Below, piece by piece: positions 25,973-39,127 of a stretch of DNA of 64,000 nt. The notes under the pieces are model-generated. The model was not told the DNA's origin. It did not search any database and saw only the letters and a program-made list of their open reading frames with translations. Position numbers and translations under genes: made by a program. Source of the DNA: Octopus vulgaris (taxonomy: Eukaryota); contig OX597816.1 in the NCBI GenBank assembly GCA_951406725.2, forward strand, positions 10,850,001-10,914,000. Direction: 5' to 3'. How positions within the stretch are numbered: the first letter of the stretch is position 1; each line of letters starts with the position of its first letter.

Positions 25973-26008
25973 CTTTTATGTTTCGAGCCTATGCTCTTCA
26001 ACAGAAAG
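25973..26008 (-). ncRNA. Minimal hammerhead-like motif, variant core
   Basis: cttt-CTGTTGA-A-GAG-catagg-CTC-GAAA-caTA-aaag. Confidence 0.45.
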
Positions 26009-26237
26009 GAATATGATGAAATAAACAGAGAGGGAATCAAAAAAATCTTGTGGATTTAGCGATCAATCACGGCAACTTTCCATCATCAGATAACCCTAGT
26101 CCCTCTTCACAGAAGTATTTTACCTTTGACATGCTGACAGAATACCTTTATATGCATACACATGTATATTTTTGTATTAGATATTTTGCCACCTTTTTGT
26201 ATTAGATACTTGCCTAACTTGCTTGTCCTTATGTTTA

Positions 26238-26276
<39 letters not shown>

Positions 26277-26299
26277 ATGTATAATATATATACATACAT

Positions 26300-26375
<76 letters not shown>

Positions 26376-26464
26376 AAATATATATACATACATACACACA
26401 CATATATGTATATATATATATTTATATTTATATATATAATTTTATATATATATATATATATATA

Positions 26465-26534
26465 ATTTTTTTTATTGCGTGGCAATTACACTACTGAATA
26501 CATACATACACACACATATATGTATATATGTAAG

Positions 26535-26579
<45 letters not shown>

Positions 26580-26646
26580 TTTTTTTATTGCGTGGCAATT
26601 ACACTACTGAATACATACATACACACACATATATGTATATATGTAA

Positions 26647-26687
<41 letters not shown>

Positions 26688-26767
26688 GCAAAGTAATTTA
26701 TTTTACTAAGCCCTAATTATATATATATATAAAATTTTTTTTATTGCGTGGCAATTACACTACTGAA
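26465..26767. repeat. Three copies of ttttttattgcgtggcaattacactactgaat separated by (TA)n
   Basis: Copies at about 26467, 26580 and 26736. Confidence 0.9.
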
Positions 26768-26973
26768 TGTAATAAATGGGCGAGGGTAAAAAGCTATTTT
26801 AACCTTAATTTATATGGTAATAAGAAAATGGAACAGAACAAGTATATACATGTATGTATATTGTTATAATTGTTTTTTTTTAAATAAGTAAATAAATGTC
26901 TATGTTCATACACACACACGCACAGACACATGCATGCACACACATGCTGACATGTATGTGCACACATGCATAA

Positions 26974-27017
<44 letters not shown>

Positions 27018-27105
27018 ACACACAAATACACATACACGCACATATTCTTATATATACTAGAATGAAAAATGTGGGTGCAGAATCCTAGAATATTCATGAC
27101 AATAT

Positions 27106-27517
27106 ATTTCTTTACTACCCACAAGGGGCTAAACAGAGGGGACAAACAAGGACAGACAAAGGAATTAAGTTGATTACATCGACCCCAGTGCGTAACTGGT
27201 ACTTATTTAATCGACCCCGAAAGGATGAAATGCAAAGTTGACCTTGGCGGAATTTGAACTCAGAACGTAACGGCAGACGAAATACCTATTTCTTTACTAC
27301 TCACAAAGGGCTGAACAGAGAGGACAAACAAGGACAGACAAAGGAATTAAGTCGATTACGTCGACCGCAGTCTGTAACTGGTACCTATTTAATCAGCCCC
27401 GAAAGGATGAAAGGCAAAGTCAACCTAGGTGGAATTTGAACTCAGAACTTGACAGCTGACGAAATACCGCTAAGCATTTCTTCCAGCATGTTAATGTTTC
27501 TGCCAGCTCACTGCCCT
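27106..27517 (-). mobile_element. SINE-B dimer
   Basis: Two tandem ttctttactac...gacgaaatacc units. Confidence 0.85.
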
Positions 27518-28492
27518 AATGTTTGTAAGTATTAAACCTGGCAAAGTACAGAATAAGCAGCAATTAAGCCTGGAAAAACACAGGGCAAGAAGGAAAAAAT
27601 AACTTAAAATATTGCTGCTGCAGTTAGAATTTTAGAAAGTAAAATAGCAATAAATGCCCTTTTAATATTTTTCATTTCTACTTAAATGTTTAAATTAAAA
27701 TACGCAAGAAGCTATTTATTTTCAATTTTAGTGAAAAGACTAATTGCCTGCAAATTTATACATTAAAAGTTTGTTATTACAAATTTATATATTTTTAAAA
27801 AATCACATAACAGCAATTTAAGTAAAATTGACAATTATAACCCTAAGTTTTTTTTAAAACCCTAGAGAGCCATTTTTACATTTTGCACTCAATTTGTTCA
27901 TTAGCTTTCATTTTTTTAAAACATTTTTCTAACTGTAAATAGAAAATTCTTTGTTATGTGATAATGCAAACTTTAAAGAAATTAATTCTATTGTTTCTTT
28001 GCAAAAACTATTTTTACCATTTTTTTACTCTTTTGAATTACTTATATTCCACATAAGTTTAATTTTCTAACACAAAATCTTTGATTTAGAATTTTTGGAT
28101 AATGAGTTTTGATAACAATACATAATTGAAAAATAAAAATATTATTCAGATTAAGACAGAAATATTTTTGCTTAATACAAAGAAAATTTTAAATCAAAAT
28201 GATTAACTTAAATTAGAAAAATTTGCAACAGAAAAGCAAAAACCAGAAAAATATAAAAAACAAAACAGTGTACATTTAACGAGCAAACTACAGCAGCAAT
28301 AATTTAATTTTTTTTACTTCTTATCTTGTAGTTTCCAGGTTCAATACTTAAGAATATTCAAGTATTCTGCGCCTGCATTTTTCATTCTGGTGCATCTTTA
28401 TGATGATGTTGATGATGATTATGATTAATTATATTTACATTTATAATTGAAAAAAAAAACGATACTATTTTGAATATTTTTTGTATACAGAT

Positions 28493-28704
28493 TTTACTCT
28501 TTTACTTATTTCAGTCATTTGACTGTGGCCATGCTGGAGCACTGCCATTAGTCGAGCAAATCGACCCCCAGGACTTATTCTTTGTAAGCCTAGTACTTAT
28601 TCTATCAGTCTCTTTTTCCGAACCGCTAAGTTACGGGGATGTAAACACACTAGCATTGGTTGTCTAGCAATGTTGGGTGGACAAACACAGACACACAAAC
28701 TTAT

Positions 28705-28749
<45 letters not shown>

Positions 28750-28915
28750 TACGATGGGCTTCATTTCAGTTTCCGTCTACCAAATCCACTCACAAGGCTT
28801 TGGTCGGCCCGAGGCTATAGTAGAGGACACTCGTCCAAGGTGTCATGCAGTGGGACTGAACCCAGAACCATGTGGTTGGTAAGCAAGCTACTTACCAAAC
28901 AGCTACTCCTACGCC
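28493..28915 (-). mobile_element. SINE family A
   Basis: Reverse complement of family A. Confidence 0.9.
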
Positions 28916-29130
28916 TACAAACTTAGAAATTTTGTTTGCACATAAAAATAACAAAGGATTAATAGCAGTATATCTTTAACAATAAATATATTTTTAAACA
29001 ATTTTTATTATAAAATAATGTCATATTCTAATTAAATAATTAACAATTAATCTTTTAATGAGTGAAATTCTTTATTTTAATATGCTTTTAATATGTACCT
29101 ATTTTAATATATGAGCAAAATAAAATTATG

Positions 29131-29430
29131 GAGATGTATTTGCACAGCAAGTGACCTGATTTGAGATTGTGTGCTGAAACAAAAACAATTGCAGTGTGGA
29201 AGGTGTTTATAAGCCATTTAAAAACACACAAAAACCGTTAGATTCACTTTAACTTCTAAATTTAATTTGTCAAAATATTTTCATCGCTTTGAGAGATGCA
29301 GCACAGAATTTTGCCAGTGAACAGGTCTCGGTCTCAAAGTGACAAAAATATTTTGACAAATTAAATGTTGAAGTGAATCTAATGGTTTTTGTGTGTTTTT
29401 AAATGGCTTATAAACACCTTCTACACAGCA
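29131..29430. repeat. Fold-back element with ~100-bp arms (29190-29294 / 29332-29430); same family as 53266-53500
   Basis: Arms are reverse complements; homologous to 53266-53500. Confidence 0.85.
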
Positions 29431-29799
29431 GAATAATAAAAATTAATATGAAATTGCAAAAGATCATAACTTTTTATGCATAATATTTTTTAGACATTGT
29501 CTGCTTCCCCACATTCAGAGGTGGTTGGGTCAGTTTTATAGCGTCCACCTGACTAAAGCAGCTCTTCATTATCCATTCTCAATCTTAGGTGAATGAATGC
29601 TTTCATCTAAATGCATGGTGTTTCTGAATCTGGAGTGGGATTACTGCTGGTGGGGGAATTCCCACAATGACTGGAGAAGGGTCTTTCTCAAACTGGTTTA
29701 TTCTGAGATATTATTAGGGATTAGACAACAACTAATCATAATACTGGTTTCAAATTTAGGCACAAGGCTAGAAATCTTTTTTGGTGAGTGTATAAGTTG

Positions 29800-30103
29800 T
29801 TGTTTGTTCCTTGTTGAGCCACACTTGGCTCATAAGGGCCGGTTTCCCGATTTCCTTGGCATATAGGTTCCCCACCTGGACGGGTCACCGGTTCGTCGCA
29901 GGTGAGTTGCAAGATTCAGGAGAAAAGAGAGAGAGTAAGTTGTGGTGAAAGAGTCAGCAGAAGTTCACCACTACCATCTGCCAGAGCCACATGGAGCTTA
30001 GGTGTTTTGCTCATAAACACACATATTGCCCGGTCTGAGATTCGAACTCACAATCCCTTGACTGCAAGTCCACTGCTCTAACCACTAGGCCATGTGCCTC
30101 CAC
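29800..30103 (-). mobile_element. SINE-D-related element with V-domain-like tail, inserted in a SINE-B
   Basis: Head gtggaggcacatggcctagtgg...gagttcgaatctc; gcgacgaaccggtgacccgtccagg. Confidence 0.7.
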
Positions 30104-30104
30104 A

Positions 30105-31180
30105 GTGTAAAAGTTACATCAGTCCCAGTGTTCAACTGGGACTTGTTTTGTCAATCCTGAAAAGATGAAAAGTAAAAACGGGCCTTTATAGAATTTGAAT
30201 TCAGAATGGATAAATTGCCACTAAGTATTTTGCCCAGCATTCTAATGATTCTACCCATTCACTGACTTTCAACCAATGATAATATTCCTTTCAAATTTCG
30301 GCACAAGGCCAGCAGTTTTGGGAGATGGGGTAAGTCAATTATATCGACCTCAGAGTTAAACTGGTAGTTATTTTATCGAACCTAAAAGGATGAACAGCAA
30401 AGTCAACCTCTGGTAAAATTTGAACTTGGAACATGAAAACAAATGAAATGCGGCTAAGCATGTTACCTGGCATGGTAACAATTCTACCAGCTTCCTACCT
30501 TAACAACCAATGTTATTATTAAAAGACTGGAATTTTCTTGAAAAATTTTACCAGCTACATTGTATACTTTTCTACTCTAGGCACACGACCTTAAATTTTG
30601 CGGGAGGGGGCCAGTCGATTAGATTGACCCCAGTACATAACTGGTACTGAATTTATTGACCCCGAAAGAATGAAAGGTAAAGTCCACCTCAGTGGAATCT
30701 GAACTCAGAACATAAAGGAGGACGAAATTCTGCTAAGCATTTTGCCCGGTGTGCTAACGTTTCTCCCAGCTTTCTGTCTTAACATATAAAAAATATTCTT
30801 TTCTACTCTAGGCACAAGGCCCAAAATTATTGGAGAGGTGGCTAGTCGATTAGATCGACTCCAGTATGCAACTGGTACATAATTTATCGACCCTGAAAGG
30901 ATGAAAGGCAAAGTCGACCTCAGAACGTAAAGGTGGACGAAATACCTATTTCTTTACTACCCACAAGGGGCTACACACAGAGGCGACAAACAAGGACAGA
31001 CAAAGGGATTAAGTCGATTACATTGACCCCAGTGTATAACTGGTACTTATTTAATCGATCCCGAAAGGATGAAAGGCAAAGTCGACCTCGGCGGAATTTG
31101 AACTCAGAACGTAGCGGCAGACGAAAATCCGCAAAGCACTTCGTCCAGCATGCTTAACGATTGTGCCAGCTCGCTGCCTT
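30105..31180 (-). mobile_element. Cluster of about 5 SINE-B copies
   Basis: Homology to family B. Confidence 0.85.
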
Positions 31181-31449
31181 ACCAGCTACATTGTATATAT
31201 ATGTCAAAGGAATTATACATAGAAACTTCCCACTCAGATTAAATTTATTTTTGTTTTTGTAATTATCAACATTAATTTTCAGTTGACTATGGTGTCCTTT
31301 AATTTAAATTGTATGCCACCAGATCTGATGAATTAATACAATAACTCACTGGCAAAACAACAATGACAATGGCGTGTAAAATAACATCAACATTTAATCA
31401 TACAAATTGACGAGCAGTTCATTTAGTTTGTGTTGTGTTTTTTAAGTTA

Positions 31450-31505
<56 letters not shown>

Positions 31506-31764
31506 TTTGAATTGTGATAAAAGATTTTCCTTCTTTTGATGAAAATAAAATACAATATCCGGTGCATTGCAGGATAAATGAATTCACTCAAAGACAGTTT
31601 ACTCCTAAACAAAGGACATTATTTTGTTTTTTAATCTCATCTTTCAGATTTAGGAATACTCATCAAACTAATGCCATCCATGAAAAATAAAATAAAATAA
31701 AAGACGATGTTATCAGTTTCTTAAATGGATGATTTTATAACCATTATTATCTGTACAACAAATA

Positions 31765-32034
31765 TTGCTATTGTTGTTATTCTTGTCATTATTGTTATCT
31801 TGTTGTTGTTGTTGTTGTTGTTATTATCATTATTATTACTATTGTTATTATTATTGTTGTTGCTGTTGTTATCATTATTATTATTATTATTATTATTATT
31901 GTTGTTATTATCATTATTACTATTATTATTATTTTTATAATCAATATTATCATCATCATCACGATTGTTATTATTATTATTATTATCATTATCATCACTA
32001 TTATTATTATGATGATTATTATTATCATCATCAC

Positions 32035-32065
<31 letters not shown>

Positions 32066-32246
32066 ATCAATATTATCATCATCATCACTATTGTTATTAT
32101 TATTATTATTATCATCACTATTATTATTATGATGATTATTATTATCATCATCACTATTATTATTATTATCATTATTATTATAATTATTATTATTATCAAC
32201 ATATCACTATTATTATTATTATTATTATTATTATCAACATCATCAC

Positions 32247-32288
<42 letters not shown>

Positions 32289-32348
32289 CATCATCATCAC
32301 TATTATTATTATTATTATTATCATCATCACTATTATTATTATTATTAT

Positions 32349-32381
<33 letters not shown>

Positions 32382-32840
32382 GTGTATTAATATTTTAATA
32401 ATCATTGATATTGATTTTGTTTTTATTTTTGATATCAATATTATCATCCACTTCATATTCCTCTTCTTACTCCCCTTTACCTCATCATCATCATCATCAT
32501 CATTGCTGTCACTGTTGTTCTCAGCATTGTCATCACCTCCACCACTTCCATCATCATCATCATCATCATCATCATTAATATCATTATCAACATCATCATC
32601 ATCATCATCATTAATATCATTATCAACGTCATCATCATCATCATCCTAATGATCATCATTATCCCCCTCCTCCTGCTCCTCATTATTATTATTATTCTTC
32701 TCATCGTTATCATCATCACTATCATTATTATCCTCCTTATGATCATTATTATCCTCCTCCTTCTCCATCTCCTCATTATTCTCATCGTCATCATCATCAC
32801 TATTATCATCAACATCATCGTCAGCATCATTATATTATTC
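31765..32840. repeat. (TTA/TTG/CAT/TAG)n trinucleotide field
   Basis: Direct inspection. Confidence 0.95.
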
Positions 32841-33145
32841 CCTTATTTGTAATATTTTTTTGTTTTTCGCCTCATTTTTGATTTTGTCATCTTAAAAAAT
32901 TTCCCATTCATGCTAATTGGCTTCTATTTACTTTCATTAGCAGTTAAACATCGTTCCATTCAACAAGAACAAAACCGATCTCTGATCCGATGAATCTTAT
33001 CTGAGGAAAACAAATAGAGAAGAGAAAGACACACAAAGAGGAAGAAAAACGGCTTTATAAAGAACAACACCGGACTAACAACAAAGTTTTCAGCAACAAC
33101 AATAACAAGAAAACTATCCTGAGCAACAATGGCAGTAGACATCAC

Positions 33146-33177
<32 letters not shown>

Positions 33178-33221
33178 TAATAATCATAATCATAAAAATA
33201 GCAAGAACAACAAAAATAATC

Positions 33222-33603
33222 ATGGCACTCCGTCGGTAATGGTGACGAGGGTTCCAGTTGATCTGATCAATGGAATAGCCTGCTTGTGAAATTAATGTGA
33301 AAGTGGCTGAGTACTCCACAGACATGTGTACCCTTAATGTAGTTCTCAGGGAGATTCAGTGTGACACAGAGTGTGACGAGGCTGGCCCCTTTGAAATACA
33401 GGTACAACAAAAACAGGAAGAAAGAGTTAGAGAAAGTTGTGGTGAAAGAGTACAGCAGGGTTCGCCACCACCTCCTACCAGAGCCTTGTGGAGCTTTAGG
33501 TACTTTTGCTCAATAAACATTCACAATGCCCAGTCTGGGATTTGAAACTGTGATCCTTCAACTGCGAGTCTGCTGCCCTAACCACTGGGCCATTGCGCCC
33601 CCA
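33222..33603 (-). mobile_element. SINE family D, tail type 3
   Basis: Head as at 11778; tail shared with 47778-47930 and 37535-37590. Confidence 0.8.
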
Positions 33604-34097
33604 CACAACAATAATAAATAACTAATAATAATAATAGTCTCCTGTTGAAGACGATGTATGAGTGTTCAGTGTTTTGCTGAGTGACCTTCACAAATGATCT
33701 CTTTTTATAGGGATCGAAGTTATGTGCTGTATGTTAGCTCTTGCCCTCCATCAAATCAATGTTGCCTGTAGAGCTGCACGAGTGTAGTACGTGTCAAATG
33801 TATAAATGGTTGCAGCACAACATGCAATGGAGTATTTTGTTCAAGAACACAAGGTACCACTTGGTCTGAGAATCGAAACCATGGTCTGGCGATCATGAGC
33901 ACAACATGCAAACCACTAGGCCACGTGCCTACAATAACAACAACAACAACGACAATAATAATAATGATGGTTTCAAATTTTGGCAGCCATTTTGTGATGG
34001 GAGAGAATGAGTTGATTAAATTGACCCCAGTGTTCAACTAGTACTTATTTTATCGACTCTAAAAGTCGACCTTGACAGAGGTTGAACTCAGAATGTA

Positions 34098-34470
34098 GCA
34101 ATATAAGGACCTGGAAATTAAAATACAAAAGATATGGCATCTTAAAATGAGAACTGTCCCTAATATTGTGGGTGTCCTAGGTATGATAAGAAAAGGATGT
34201 CAACAACATCTAGATAATATCCCAGGAGAACCATGTCTCAGAGAAATCCAAAAGGTTGTGCTGACAAGTACTGCCCACATCCTTAGAAAAACCCATTCAA
34301 TTTAAATGTCTGTGTTGTATTACATGAAGACATTTCGCTGCTCTCCCTGTCACTTCCCCTCCCCAAGCTTTCAGTCATACTGTAACATCTCTCTTATCCT
34401 TCACTCGCCCTTGGACACTAGGTGTGTCTCGGCAAGTGAGTGTAACAAACATGCAGATTAAAGGCAAATA
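34098..34470 (+). mobile_element. R4/Dong-like LINE 3' end ending in (TAA)n
   Basis: YKDLEIKIQKIWHLKMRTVPNIVGVLGMIRKG...EIQKVVLTSTAHILRK. Confidence 0.8.
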
Positions 34471-34624
34471 ACAATAATAATAATGATATCAATAATAATA
34501 ATAATAATAATAATAATAGTGAGACCTCTGACAGCAGGCTGCTATCACAGAATCTACTAGAACAAACAAGACAGAACGTTCTGAGAAGTAAAATAATAAT
34601 AATGATGATGATGAAGATGATAAT

Positions 34625-34842
34625 AATGGTTTCAAAATTTTGATGCAAGGCCAGGAATTTCAAAGGATGGTGTAAGTCAATTATATTGATTCCAGGGCTC
34701 AAATGGCACCTATTCGTTCAACCCCGAAAGGTGGAAAGGCAAATTCAACCGCAGCAGAATTTGAACTCTGAACGTGAATACAGATGAAATACTGGTAAGC
34801 ATTTTACCCAGCATGCAAACAATCCACCCGACTCACCACCCT
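34625..34842 (-). mobile_element. SINE family B
   Basis: Homology to family B. Confidence 0.8.
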
Positions 34843-35184
34843 AAACAGTAACAACAATGTTACAGAACTATTTGAAACAGCTCACAGGATCTCTCTTCAT
34901 ATTTTTACTTTTTTTTATGTATTAAATTTTTCCATATTATTTTTTCCTTCATTTTTCTTTTCGAGTCTTTACACAGAAAGGGAGGATCAGTAAGATTGTT
35001 TCCATGCTTACAATTTTGAAGAGAATGGTCAGCCTTTTTATGTTTATCTTATTCTTGGTATATATTTTTTATACTCTAATCATTATTTTTCGCATTTTTA
35101 TTGCATTGCATCCAATTTTCCATTTCTGCATCAATGAGTCAGGTTTATTCTATATTATTATTGTTGTTGTTGTTGTTATCATTA

Positions 35185-35585
35185 TCTTTATATATAAAAG
35201 TGAGGTTGTGTGCTGTCTGTCTCCTACGATTTAGATTCCTAACTACTCCCACATTTTGCGGTGCAGTTTAACCAAAACCAGGTATCTTTATAGTCGTGAT
35301 TCATATCAAGCCCTTCTGGGTATTAGCGTGCGTCTACGATGAGTCTACGATTTTAAAAATAATTTACCATCATTTTTTTCCATTTTAATGCATTTTTTTC
35401 GCTATTATATAGGGAAGTAATTCTCTAAAAATGTCTACGATGAGTCAACGATTTAAAAAAAAATTTACCATCATTTTTTTCCATTTTTAATGCATTTTTT
35501 TGCTATTTTTTGGCTATAACTCTCTAAAACTGCTTATATAGTTATTTCCCTTACAAACCCGAGCAATGCCGGGCGATACTGCTAG
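35185..35585 (+). mobile_element. Non-autonomous Helitron
   Basis: 5' TC after host A; subterminal hairpin CCCGAGCAATGCCGGG (35558-35573); 3' CTAG followed by host T; no TSD; internal ~95-bp tandem duplication. Confidence 0.85.
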
Positions 35586-35611
35586 TTATTAATAAACAAT
35601 TAATTAAAACA

Positions 35612-36050
35612 TCAAGCTGGCAGAATCGTTGGCACGCCGAGCAAAATGCTTTGTAACACTTTCTCTCTTTTCACGTCCTGAGTTCAAATTCCGCTGAGGT
35701 CGACTTTGCCTTTCATCTTTGGGGTTGATAAAACCAGCTGAGTATCAGGGTCCATGTAATTGACTTAGCTCCTTTCTAAAAATAGCTGGCCCTGTGCCAA
35801 AATTTCAAATCATCATTATTGTTATTGTCGTTGTTGTATGGCGGTGAGCTAGCAGAATGGTTATCACATTGAACGATATACTTAACAGTATATCGTCCAT
35901 CGCTATGTTCTGAGTTCAAATTTCACTGAGGTCGACTTTGCCTTTCATAATTTTGTGGTCAATAAATTAAGTACCAGGGGAACACTAGGGTCGAAATACT
36001 CGACTAAGCCCCTGCCCTAAAATTTCAGGCCTTGAGCCTTTAGTAGAAAT
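35612..36050 (+). mobile_element. Two SINE-B copies
   Basis: Homology to family B. Confidence 0.8.
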
Positions 36051-36104
36051 GATTATTATTGTAGTTGTTAAGATGTTATTATTATCAATATTATTATTAT
36101 TATT

Positions 36105-36435
36105 ATTCAATGTTTGACTTTTGCTTTATATTTGTACAAGTTGGCTCCAAGTCTCACCCAGAGACCTCAAGAGACAACGGGTTGGAAGTGCATGTTGTTG
36201 TTATGCCTAGTGTGCCATATATTTGTTTTTCTTTTAGTGTTGTGCTAGTGAATGTCTAAAAAAAAACCAAAAAAACCATACGAAATTTATGTTTGTTTTA
36301 AAACTTGAGATTACATAGAAAGTATTTTGCGTAGGATATGAGCAGTTCCCATGAGCACTATCTTTGAATTTCTGCCATTTTTGGGTTTCCTGGTATGTGA
36401 GTTAGGTAGCAATCAGCCCCTTTTGCTATCTTTTT
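36105..36435 (-). mobile_element. R4/Dong-like LINE 3' end
   Basis: Minus strand IAKGADCYLTHIPGNPK..EIQ..VLMGTAHILRKILSM*; (TAA)n tail. Confidence 0.7.
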
Positions 36436-36568
36436 ATTATTATTATTATTATTACTATTACTATTATTGTTATTATTATTATTATTGTTAATTTTTTTAA
36501 TTAAAGGAATTGCTTTTACAGTTCGATGCTCTTTTCTCTCTCTGTCTCCGTCTGTCTATCTGTCTGTC

Positions 36569-36599
<31 letters not shown>

Positions 36600-36773
36600 A
36601 ACCATTCAACTGTGAAATTATAGTTCTATATCAATCAAACAGACTGAAGCCAGCAGTGTTTTGATCTTTGACTACGCCCACAGAATTACCACGGCTGGAT
36701 TGGCAACTCTAGAGTCAGTAGTCTAGGAAAGGAAACGCACAAACATTGTGCTACCAACATTATGAGCTATCTA

Positions 36774-36807
<34 letters not shown>

Positions 36808-36812
<5 letters not shown>

Positions 36813-37315
36813 CAAAATCAAAATCAAAATCAAAATCAAACCAAATCAAATCAGATATCAGAAAGCAGAACCAAAATCGTAGTCGATCAACATCAATGGA
36901 AGTTGCAGCTGTGATACCAGTGTTGGTGACAAGTAAGCGAACCATCCGATCGTGGCCGTTGCCAGCACTGCCCCGACTGGCCTCCGTGCCGGTAGCATGT
37001 AAAAAGCACCATCCATTCGTGGCCGTTGCCAGCCTCGCCTGGCCCCCGTGTCGGTGGCATGTAGCACCATCCGTTCGTGACCATTGCCATTCGTGGCCGT
37101 TGCCAGCCTCGCCTGGCACCTGTGCGGGTGGCACGTAAAAGCACCCACTACACTCACGGAGTGGTTGGCGTTAGGAAGGGCATCCAGCCGTAGAAACACT
37201 GCCAGATCAGACTGGGCCTGATGCAGCCTTCTGGCTTCACAGACCCCAGTTGAACCGTCCAACCCATGCTAGCATGGAAAGCGGACGCTAAATGATGAGG
37301 ATGATGATGATGATG
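36808..37315 (+). mobile_element. SINE-like family C preceded by (AAATC)n
   Basis: Internal repeats and (GAT)n tail. Confidence 0.85.
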
Positions 37316-37340
37316 ATATATATATATATATATGTATGTA

Positions 37341-37590
37341 GAGGCGCAATGGCACAGTGATTAGGGCAGTGGACTTGTGGTCATAGGATCATGGTTTCGA
37401 TTCCCAGACTGGGTGTTGTGAGTGCTTATTGAATGAAAACACCTAAATCTCCATGAGGCTCCAGCAGTGGGGTGGTGGCAAACCCTGCTGTTCACTTTCA
37501 CCTAGCTTTCTCTCACTCTTTCTTCTTGTTTCTGTTGTACCTGTATTTCCAAGGGCCACCCTTGTCACACTCTGTGTCCCGTTGAATCTA
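37341..37590 (+). mobile_element. SINE family D, tail type 3, truncated
   Basis: gaggcgcaatggcacagtg head; aagggccacccttgtcacactctgtg. Confidence 0.8.
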
Positions 37591-37621
37591 CATATTTTTC
37601 ATAGCATTTTTCCGATGGCCG

Positions 37622-37682
37622 GATAACTGAAGGGATGGCGGCATGGATTTCCACCTCGGCATCCGAAACTCGGAGTTTTATC
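37622..37682 (+). ncRNA. Hammerhead ribozyme-like motif lacking A9, in a PLE-like 3' segment (~37592-37810)
   Basis: gataa-CTGAAG-GGATG...CATCC-GAAA-ctcgga-GTT-ttatc. Confidence 0.65.
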
Positions 37683-37953
37683 ATGGCTACCCAATAATTG
37701 TCACATATTACATTTACAGATAAATTTCTCTATTTACATAATATTGAGGTCTCTGTCTTTCTTTTGTTGTCTTATCATTATATGTGGATAAGACATAATC
37801 TTGATGTTTATATATATATCATCAATAGAAACTCATACCACCTGTTTCATATAATCTTGATGCTTATATATATATATCATCAATAGAAACTCATACCACC
37901 TGTTTCTATTATTTGTAGAAAAACTGCAGAGGAAAATGATACATAACATAATG

Positions 37954-38430
37954 AGGCGCAGGAGTGGCTGTGTGGTAAGTAGCTTGCTAACCAACCACAT
38001 GGTTCCGGGTTCAGTCCCACTGCGTGGCATCTTGGGCAAGTGTCTTCTGCTATAGCCCCGAGCCAACCAAAGTGCCTTGTGAGTGGATTTGAGTAGACCT
38101 GGAAACTGAAATGAACGTCGAAATAAATATCAATGGATATAGTAGTTGTGATGCCTGTGTGGCACATATCCGACTGGCTTCTGTGCTGGTGGCACATGTT
38201 TGCGCCACCTTGTCTGTGTTTGTCCCCCTAGCATTGCTTGACAACCTATGCTGGTGTGTTTACGTCCCCGTCACTTAGCGGTTCGGCAAAAGAGACCGAT
38301 AGAATAAGTACTGGGCTTACAAAGAATAAGTCCCGGGGTCGATTTGCTCGACTAAAGGCGGTGCTCCAGCATGGCTGCAGTCAAATGCCTGAAACAAGTA
38401 AAAGAGTAAAAGAGTAAAAGAGTAAAAGAG
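37954..38430 (+). mobile_element. SINE family A with family-C sequence replacing its central microsatellite
   Basis: A-family ends; 38120-38205 matches 10125-10240. Confidence 0.8.
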
Positions 38431-39127
38431 TATTATTAACCAAAAGGGATGCTGAAAATGGTACAAGAAGGATTTCTAAGGAAAATGAAAAGAACTGCAG
38501 TAATCAAGAAACACAAACCCTGATTATTCAGAGGGTTGAAGCTGACCTTTCGCTTTGCAGTTTTCCCATTTCAATATTGTATTGCTGAATCATTTTATTT
38601 CCTCTCATAGCAGAGAAATTTTAAAAGTAATGTTTTCATAAATAACATCCAAAGAGCAGAAGTCGCACAAGATATTAAGCTCGTAGAAAATGAAATATTA
38701 AATTATCAATCCAACAAATTTGGTTCTCACATGTTTCAATAAAATTTTAAGAGGAAAGCCTCAGTGTCTTACAGTTTCATTTCTTCCCCCTCATACATCA
38801 ACATCGTCATCATCATCATCAACATCATCATCAACATTGTCCTCGTCATCGTCATTGTTTTAATGTCCACTTTTCCATGCTAGCATGGATTGGACCGAGT
38901 CTACTGAGGAAAATTCTTTATGGCTGCATATTCTTCTTGTCATCAATCCTCGTCAGTTTTCAAGTAAGGTAACATTTGGATAGATATGGTTTGCAGAATA
39001 ATGGAAATGAACGACCCTGCTTGTATGATGGTGACACTCATTTACAAGTAATATAGTATATCAAGACAGGAAGACTGAAACATAACTCACCCTCACCAAC
39101 ATATCTATCTATCTATCTATATCTATA

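Noticed and set aside
26465-26767. CRISPR-like ~32-bp repeats
   Set aside because: Spacers are (TA)n microsatellites, there are no cas genes, and the context is eukaryotic
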